From NCBI GenBank assembly GCA_031431875.1, contig JANPEF010000032.1, forward strand, positions 1 through 10,639: a DNA stretch of 10,639 nucleotides, read 5' to 3'. Shown here one piece after another: positions 1 to 5,001 of the stretch (position 1 is the first letter of the stretch; every line of letters begins with the position of its first letter). This DNA is from Candidatus Eiseniibacteriota bacterium. GTDB lineage: Bacteria; Eisenbacteria; RBG-16-71-46; DASYSL01. Made by a program: the position numbers and the translations under genes. The notes under the pieces were generated by a model. That model had not been told where the DNA came from. It saw only the letters and a list, made by a program, of their open reading frames with translations, and made no database searches.

Positions 1-1137
1 CAGGTGCGCGGGATCGCGATCGACGCTGCGGGCGACGTGTACATCGCCGATTCGGGGAACTTTCGCATCCAGAAGTTCGATGCGGCCGGCAACTTCCTGG
101 CGAAGTGGGGCACGGTGGGTAGCGGTGACGGGCAGTTGAACGTCCCGACCAGCGTCGCCATCGATCCCTCGGGAAATGTCTACGTCTGCGACGTCTCCAA
201 CAGCCGCATCCAGAAGTTCACGTCGACCGGAACCTATCTCGCCCAGTGGGGCTCGTTCGGAAGCGGCAACGGGCTGTTCCAGTTCCCGTGGGCCGTCGGG
301 ATCGACGCGGTCGGCAACGTCTACGTCACCGACGAGGTCAACAACCGCATCCAGAAGTTCACCGCTGGCGGCGGCTACCTCACGCAGTGGGGAACGGCGG
401 GCACGGGTGACGGGCAGTTCAACGCTCCGATCTCGCTGAGCATCGACACCGAAGCGAACGTCTACGTCATGGACTCGGGGAATTTCCGCGTCCAGAAGTT
501 CAGTGGCGCCGGAGTCGCCGAGTCGCGCTGGCCGATGAACTACGCGTTCGACCTCCGAGGCCCGGGCGTGAACAACAGCTTCTTCACGCCTGCCGGCATC
601 GGCGCGGCATCGGGGCCGTACGTCTACGTCGCCCAGGCCTCCGGCATCGTTCGCGCGCGGTCGTTCGGCGGCGCCACGGTCGAGCTCTATGGCTCACCCG
701 GGAGCGGAGACGGGCAGTTCAACCTCCCCGGCGGGGTCGCCACGGACGCGGCCGGCCTGGTCTACGTCGCCGACACGAACAACAACCGCATCCAGAAGCT
801 GTCGGCGAGCGGCGTGTTCATCACGAAGTGGGGATCCCTGGGCTCGGGCGACGGCCAGTTCAACCTGCCCACCGCCATTGCGGTCGACCCCTCGGGGAAC
901 GTGTTCGTCGTCGATGAGGTGAACCGCCGCATCCAGAAGTTCACGTCGAACGGGGCCTACCTCCTGAAGTGGGGATCCCTCGGCTCCGGAAACGGACAAT
1001 TCAACTTCCCCACCGGGATCGCCATCGACCGGAAACCAGACCGCAGAGTCAATCCTGGAGACGGTCGACCGAATGCTGGATGCAGGCGTGGACGCACCGA
1101 CGGAGGCGCAGCAGCTGGCCCTGGAAAACATCTATGA
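1..1137 (+). CDS. NHL-repeat (beta-propeller) protein; 5'-partial, and probably 3'-truncated at ~1029
   Basis: Frame 1 is open from base 1 (QVRGIAID...). About 7 tandem 47-aa units of the form P-x-GIAxDxxGNVYVxDxxNxRIQKFxxxGxYLxxWGxxGSGDGQF match the NHL consensus. The eighth unit stops after GIAID (1029) and is followed by a non-repeat tail ending at TGA 1135-1137. Confidence 0.9.
   Translation, partial: QVRGIAIDAAGDVYIADSGNFRIQKFDAAGNFLAKWGTVGSGDGQLNVPTSVAIDPSGNVYVCDVSNSRIQKFTSTGTYLAQWGSFGSGNGLFQFPWAVGIDAVGNVYVTDEVNNRIQKFTAGGGYLTQWGTAGTGDGQFNAPISLSIDTEANVYVMDSGNFRVQKFSGAGVAESRWPMNYAFDLRGPGVNNSFFTPAGIGAASGPYVYVAQASGIVRARSFGGATVELYGSPGSGDGQFNLPGGVATDAAGLVYVADTNNNRIQKLSASGVFITKWGSLGSGDGQFNLPTAIAVDPSGNVFVVDEVNRRIQKFTSNGAYLLKWGSLGSGNGQFNFPTGIAIDRKPDRRVNPGDGRPNAGCRRGRTDGGAAAGPGKHL
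10..1029 (+). repeat. Coding tandem repeat of ~141 bp (NHL units)
   Basis: cgcatccagaagtt recurs at 64, 205 and 346 (141-nt spacing). Related copies occur at 787 and 928, and variants of gacgggcagttcaac recur. Units 4-5 (~430-730) are divergent. Confidence 0.85.
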
Positions 1138-1513
1138 GGCCGCATGTCGTTGGCTTGGGCGTAGGTCGAATGAGGTACGCCTCGAAACCGCGACGCGCCC
1201 CGAGATGAGCGGGGACCTCCTCCAGCACTTCGGTGAGGAGATGTGGCGGCTGTATCGCGAACCGGCAAAGCGCCTGGGCTACAACGCGACCTACTTTCGG
1301 GAGTTGCTCGAGGACCGTGGGCCGGTGGAAACCGCAGTCTTTCTCGCTGGAGCCCCCGGTCACCATGAGGGCCTGACGACGCTCTACGAGCTCGGCGCAC
1401 TCAATCTCTCTGTCGAAGCGCTGATCCTTCGCGATCCGTGGTGCCATTACTTCGAACCGAAGACCTTGGCCGCGGCGCGGAAGAAGCTCGCGGCGCTCGG
1501 TTATTCGGAGTAG
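1073..1513 (+). CDS. Small helical hypothetical protein (146 aa from ATG 1073, or 102 aa from ATG 1205)
   Basis: The C-terminal ~100 aa (GYNATYFRELLEDRGPVETA...EGLTTLYELGALNLSVEALIL..PW..YF....LAAARKKLAALGY) matches a conserved unnamed domain I recognise from standalone proteins and from fusions with DUF262/GmrSD, HNH and caspase-like proteins. GGAG lies at 1057-1060. Codon usage is less GC3-biased than in the flanking genes. Confidence 0.75.
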   Translation: MLDAGVDAPTEAQQLALENIYEAACRWLGRRSNEVRLETATRPEMSGDLLQHFGEEMWRLYREPAKRLGYNATYFRELLEDRGPVETAVFLAGAPGHHEGLTTLYELGALNLSVEALILRDPWCHYFEPKTLAAARKKLAALGYSE

Positions 1514-1637
1514 CCGCCGCAACTTCGGGAGCCTGCCGCCGCATCCAGTCGAACTTCCGGTTTGGCCGCTCGCGTCTCCGCACCCCCAATCCCCACCCCC
1601 GCACCATGCATTCCGCACTCCCCCGCATTGCAATTCC

Positions 1638-1664
1638 TCAAGTCCCATTGCGTTTTGCCGATAC
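1638..1664 (+). promoter_or_regulatory. Putative sigma28 (FliA/SigD/WhiG family) promoter
   Basis: TCAA (1638-1641)-N15-GCCGATAC (1657-1664) against the consensus TAAA-N15-GCCGATAA. Spacing is exact, and the site lies 80 nt upstream of ATG 1745 in the AT-richest part of the intergenic region. Confidence 0.6.
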
Positions 1665-1730
1665 CGGCCCTGGGTAGGTCTCGTTCCCGTCTCCCACGAG
1701 GGGGGGCGGACGGGCCCGCACCAACCACCA

Positions 1731-1737
1731 GGGAGGA
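1731..1737 (+). promoter_or_regulatory. Ribosome-binding site GGGAGGA
   Basis: GGAGG at 1732-1736, 8 nt before ATG 1745. Confidence 0.8.
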
Positions 1738-1744
1738 TCTGGCA

Positions 1745-2260
1745 ATGCACCGAACGCTGCGCATTCTGACCGCGCTGGCCGTGACGGTGGCCGGACTGGG
1801 GAGCTGCGCGCTGGCCTTCGCGGAGGGGGACGTCACTGTCGCCCTGACCGCGCACCGCATCATGGTGAGCCAGGGCAAGGAAGCCCGTCTGCCTGCCGAA
1901 CAGGCCAAGCCCGGCGACGTCATCGAATACCGCGCCACCTACACCAACCACGGCGGCTCCGCCGTCCGTGACCTGCAGGCGACGCTCCCCGTTCCGGCCG
2001 GTCTCGAGTACCTGCCGAAGACCGCTTCGCCCGTGAAGCTCCTGGCCAGCCTCGACGGCAAGTCGTTCGCGCCGACGCCTCTGACGCGTCGGGTGAAGCT
2101 CGCGAACGGCAAGACCGAGCTGCGTGAAGTTCCCGCCTCCGAGTACCGCGCGTTGCGCTGGTCCATCGGGGCGCTGGGCGCCAACGCGGATCGCACGGTC
2201 GTCGCGCGCATGCGCGTCGCTCCGCTCGAAACCGTTGCCACCGTCGTCCCTGCGCGCTAG
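1745..2260 (+). CDS. Secreted single-domain DUF11-like (TIGR01451 conserved-repeat-like) protein, 171 aa
   Basis: The likely start is ATG 1745 (strong RBS), not 1562. Sec signal peptide MHRTLRILTALAVTVAGLGSCALAFA|E. DUF11-type motif AKPGDVIEYRATYTNHG...LPVPAGLEYLP, followed by the family-typical SLDGKSF.P.PL and EYRALRW. Confidence 0.85.
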   Translation: MHRTLRILTALAVTVAGLGSCALAFAEGDVTVALTAHRIMVSQGKEARLPAEQAKPGDVIEYRATYTNHGGSAVRDLQATLPVPAGLEYLPKTASPVKLLASLDGKSFAPTPLTRRVKLANGKTELREVPASEYRALRWSIGALGANADRTVVARMRVAPLETVATVVPAR

Positions 2261-2297
2261 TCGCGCCGTCCAAAGAACGCCAATCGGGAGTACCGAC

Positions 2298-4892
2298 ATG
2301 ACGCTTCAGCCGACGGTCCGCGCCACGCGCGCGGTCCGAACCGCCCTGTCGTGTGCCGCGGGCCTGCTTGCCGCCGCCACGATCCTTGCCTTCGCCGCCG
2401 ACCGGGCTTTCGCCCAGCCGCCGGTGGGCACGTCGATCGGGAACCAGGCCACGGCCTCGTATCTCGACGCGTCGTCCACGTCGCGCACGGTGACGTCGAA
2501 CCTGGTCACCACCATCGTCCAGCAGGTGGCCGGCTTTACGCTGACCGCCGACGGTGCCGTCGTCGCCGCTCCGGGCGGCCAGGCCGTCTTCCCGCACGTC
2601 CTCACCAACACCGGCAACGGTCCGGATACGTTCCCCCTCACGCTCGTCAACCTGGCGGGCGACGACTTCGACCTGGCCGGACTCGCGATCTATCCCGACG
2701 TCGACGGCAACGGCGTGCCGGACGTCTACGTCCCGCTCGTCACGACCGGGCTCCTGGCCGCCGGGGCGTCGTTCCGCTTTGTGGTCGCGGGCAACGTGCC
2801 GGGGGCGCAGCTCGCGGCCCAGGTGGCGCAGGTGCGGGTCAGCGCGCTCTCGGCGTTCGACAACGCGCAGACGGCGTTCAACACCGACGTCGTCACCGTC
2901 ACCGGCAACGCGGTGCTCAACGTGACCAAGGGCATCGACGTGACCAACGGCGCGTCGCCCTCGGGTCCGCGCACGTACACGATCTCGTACACCAACGCCG
3001 GCAACTCGACGGCGACGAACTTCCGGATCACCGACGTCGTGCCCGCGGGCATGACCTACGTGCCGGGCAGCGGTCGCTGGAGCACCACGGGTGCTGCGGT
3101 CCTCACCGACCTCAACCTCGCCGACGCCCAGGGCGTGGCACCCAACACGGTCATCTACGACTACGGCGTCACCGGTGCGGCGACCGTGACCGCGGTGATC
3201 AACCGCGTGCCGGCCGGTGCCAGCGGAACGCTGACCTTCCAGGTCAACGTCGACGCGGGCCTGGCGCCGCAGACGATCAACAACCTCGGCACGTTCGTCT
3301 ACAACGACGGCGTCGGCCCGGTCGGTCCGTTCACGACCAACGCCGCTCCGTTCACCGTCGACCCGAGCGCGTCGCTCACCTTCGTCGGCCAGGTCATTCC
3401 CTCGGCCACGCAGGGTGCGACCGTCGCGTTCTCGAACGTCCTGACCAACACCGGCAACGACGTCGACGTGTTCGACGTGACGATCGGCGCCGGCACCTTC
3501 CCGGGTGGCACGTCGTACTCGCTGTTCCAGGCGGACGGCGTCACGCCGCTCACCGACTCGGACGGCAACTTCGTCGCCGATACGGGCCCGGTCCTGCCGG
3601 GGGCTTCGGTCACCATCGTGCTGCGTGCCTCGCTGCCGCCGTCGGCGACGGGCGGGCCGTACCAGGTGCAGAAGATCGCCACCTCGCTGAACGACCCCGG
3701 CCAGTCGGCCACCGCGACCGACGTGCTGACCACGATCACGGCCAGCACCGTCGACGTGACGAACAACGCCCCGCTGCCGGGCGGCCTCGGCTTCGGCCCC
3801 GGTCCGGAAGGCGTGGCCCAGGTCACGCTGAACGCCAACCCGGGTGCGACCGTGCGCTTCACGCTGCACGTCAACAACACCAGCACGGTGACGGACAACT
3901 ACGACATGTCGTCGAGCGCGGTTCCGGGCGGCTGGACGGTCGTGTTCCGTGACGCCGGAAACGCGATCCTCACCAACACCGGTCCGATCGCGCCGGGCGG
4001 CAACGCGCTCGTCTACGCCGACGTCACCGTCCCCGCGGGCTACGCGGCGGGCACGGTGAGCGTCAACTTCACCGCCGCATCGTCGGTGTCGGGTGCGGAC
4101 GACACGATCCACGACGCGGTCACGGTCCTGACCGTGCGCAGCCTGCAGCTCATCCCGAACAACTCGGCGCAGGTGATTCCGGGCGGGATCGTGGTCTACA
4201 CGCACCTGCTCACGAACGCCGGAAACGTCGTCGAAGGCGACGGCGTCGGTTCGTTCACGGCCGTGACGGCGGGAAATAACCAGGCGGGCTGGAGCACCGC
4301 GTTGTACTACGACGCTAACCTTTCCGGCGTCTTCGACGCCGGAGACGGGCCGTTCACCGACCTGACCTTCGTCGGCGGCCTGGCTCCGGGTGCGACCGTG
4401 CGCATCTTCGCGCAGGTGTTCGCCCCGGCCGGCGCGGCGCTCGGCCAGGTCAACACGACGACCGTCACCGCCACGACCAGCAACGTCGGCTACGTCTCGG
4501 CCGTCGCCGCTCCGACGTCGGCGTTCGACGTGACCACGGTGATCAACGGGCAGCTTCAGCTCGTCAAGCGCCAGGCGCTCGACGCGAACTGCAACGGAAT
4601 CGCCGACGGTCCGTTCGACGTGATCGACATCACGACCGGCGCGATCCCGGGCGCGTGCCTGCGCTACGAGATCGTCGTCACCAACGTCGGGACCACGACG
4701 GTCACCAACGTGGTGGTCAGTGATGCGACGCCGGCGAACACGACCTACTCGGGCGTGGTCGCAGCGAGCACCTCGCAGGGATCGATCGTCACGCCGGCCA
4801 ACGGCGCGACGGGAATGATCACCGCGACGGTGGGCACGCTCGCACCGGGCCAGTCGGCCACGATCACGGTCGGCATCCGCATCGATCCGTAG
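2298..4892 (+). CDS. Secreted multi-Ig/DUF11 domain protein, 864 aa; candidate major filament subunit
   Basis: ATG 2298 with GGGAG at 2286-2290; signal peptide ending AFA|Q40. The mature protein has an N-terminal hairpin (GTSIGNQATASY...TSNLV), four Ig-like repeats (xFxHxLTNTGN type; ~2520-2900, 3366-3738, 3745-4130, 4134-4545), one complete DUF11 domain (2910-3359) and a C-terminal incomplete DUF11 domain (4551-4889). It is T/V/G/A/N-rich with strongly C/G-ending codons. Confidence 0.9.
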   Translation: MTLQPTVRATRAVRTALSCAAGLLAAATILAFAADRAFAQPPVGTSIGNQATASYLDASSTSRTVTSNLVTTIVQQVAGFTLTADGAVVAAPGGQAVFPHVLTNTGNGPDTFPLTLVNLAGDDFDLAGLAIYPDVDGNGVPDVYVPLVTTGLLAAGASFRFVVAGNVPGAQLAAQVAQVRVSALSAFDNAQTAFNTDVVTVTGNAVLNVTKGIDVTNGASPSGPRTYTISYTNAGNSTATNFRITDVVPAGMTYVPGSGRWSTTGAAVLTDLNLADAQGVAPNTVIYDYGVTGAATVTAVINRVPAGASGTLTFQVNVDAGLAPQTINNLGTFVYNDGVGPVGPFTTNAAPFTVDPSASLTFVGQVIPSATQGATVAFSNVLTNTGNDVDVFDVTIGAGTFPGGTSYSLFQADGVTPLTDSDGNFVADTGPVLPGASVTIVLRASLPPSATGGPYQVQKIATSLNDPGQSATATDVLTTITASTVDVTNNAPLPGGLGFGPGPEGVAQVTLNANPGATVRFTLHVNNTSTVTDNYDMSSSAVPGGWTVVFRDAGNAILTNTGPIAPGGNALVYADVTVPAGYAAGTVSVNFTAASSVSGADDTIHDAVTVLTVRSLQLIPNNSAQVIPGGIVVYTHLLTNAGNVVEGDGVGSFTAVTAGNNQAGWSTALYYDANLSGVFDAGDGPFTDLTFVGGLAPGATVRIFAQVFAPAGAALGQVNTTTVTATTSNVGYVSAVAAPTSAFDVTTVINGQLQLVKRQALDANCNGIADGPFDVIDITTGAIPGACLRYEIVVTNVGTTTVTNVVVSDATPANTTYSGVVAASTSQGSIVTPANGATGMITATVGTLAPGQSATITVGIRIDP

Positions 4893-4904
4893 TCCCAGGC
4901 GGTG

Positions 4905-4929
4905 GGGGGCGCGCCGGTTGCGCGCCCCC
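4905..4929 (+). terminator. GC-rich stem-loop after the major-subunit gene (partial terminator or mRNA stabiliser)
   Basis: gggggcgcgc-cggtt-gcgcgccccc is a perfect 10-bp stem with a 5-nt loop, 12 nt after TAG 4892. No strong U-tract follows. Confidence 0.55.
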
Positions 4930-5001
4930 TCTCCGCGTCCTTTCACCAATGGCGCCGGCGCCGGAGGCCTCCTCCGGCGGGCGGAGCCTCGGGATTTGTC
5001 C

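Noticed and set aside
10..1029. Regularly spaced DNA repeats as a possible CRISPR array
   Set aside because: The period is 141 nt (47 codons), the copies are degenerate at third positions, and they are explained by NHL protein repeats. No unique spacers or cas genes are present.
1581..1625. C-run tract (possible minus-strand G-quadruplex) upstream of the promoter
   Set aside because: The fourth run is separated by a long loop and such tracts are expected by chance at this GC content. There is no other support.
1562..2297. ORF-track starts at 1562 and 2124
   Set aside because: Downstream ATGs at 1745 and 2298 have RBSs and directly precede signal peptides. The upstream extensions cover promoter sequence or overlap the previous gene.
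1049..2299. 416-aa minus-strand ORF
   Set aside because: It overlaps two well-supported + strand genes and the promoter region and has no recognisable domain.
1745..2360. Cys residues in the signal peptides (LGSC, ALSC) as lipoboxes
   Set aside because: Both are followed by good signal peptidase I AFA sites, and in the 864-aa protein the Cys precedes the hydrophobic core. A lipoprotein cannot be fully excluded for the 171-aa protein without SignalP.
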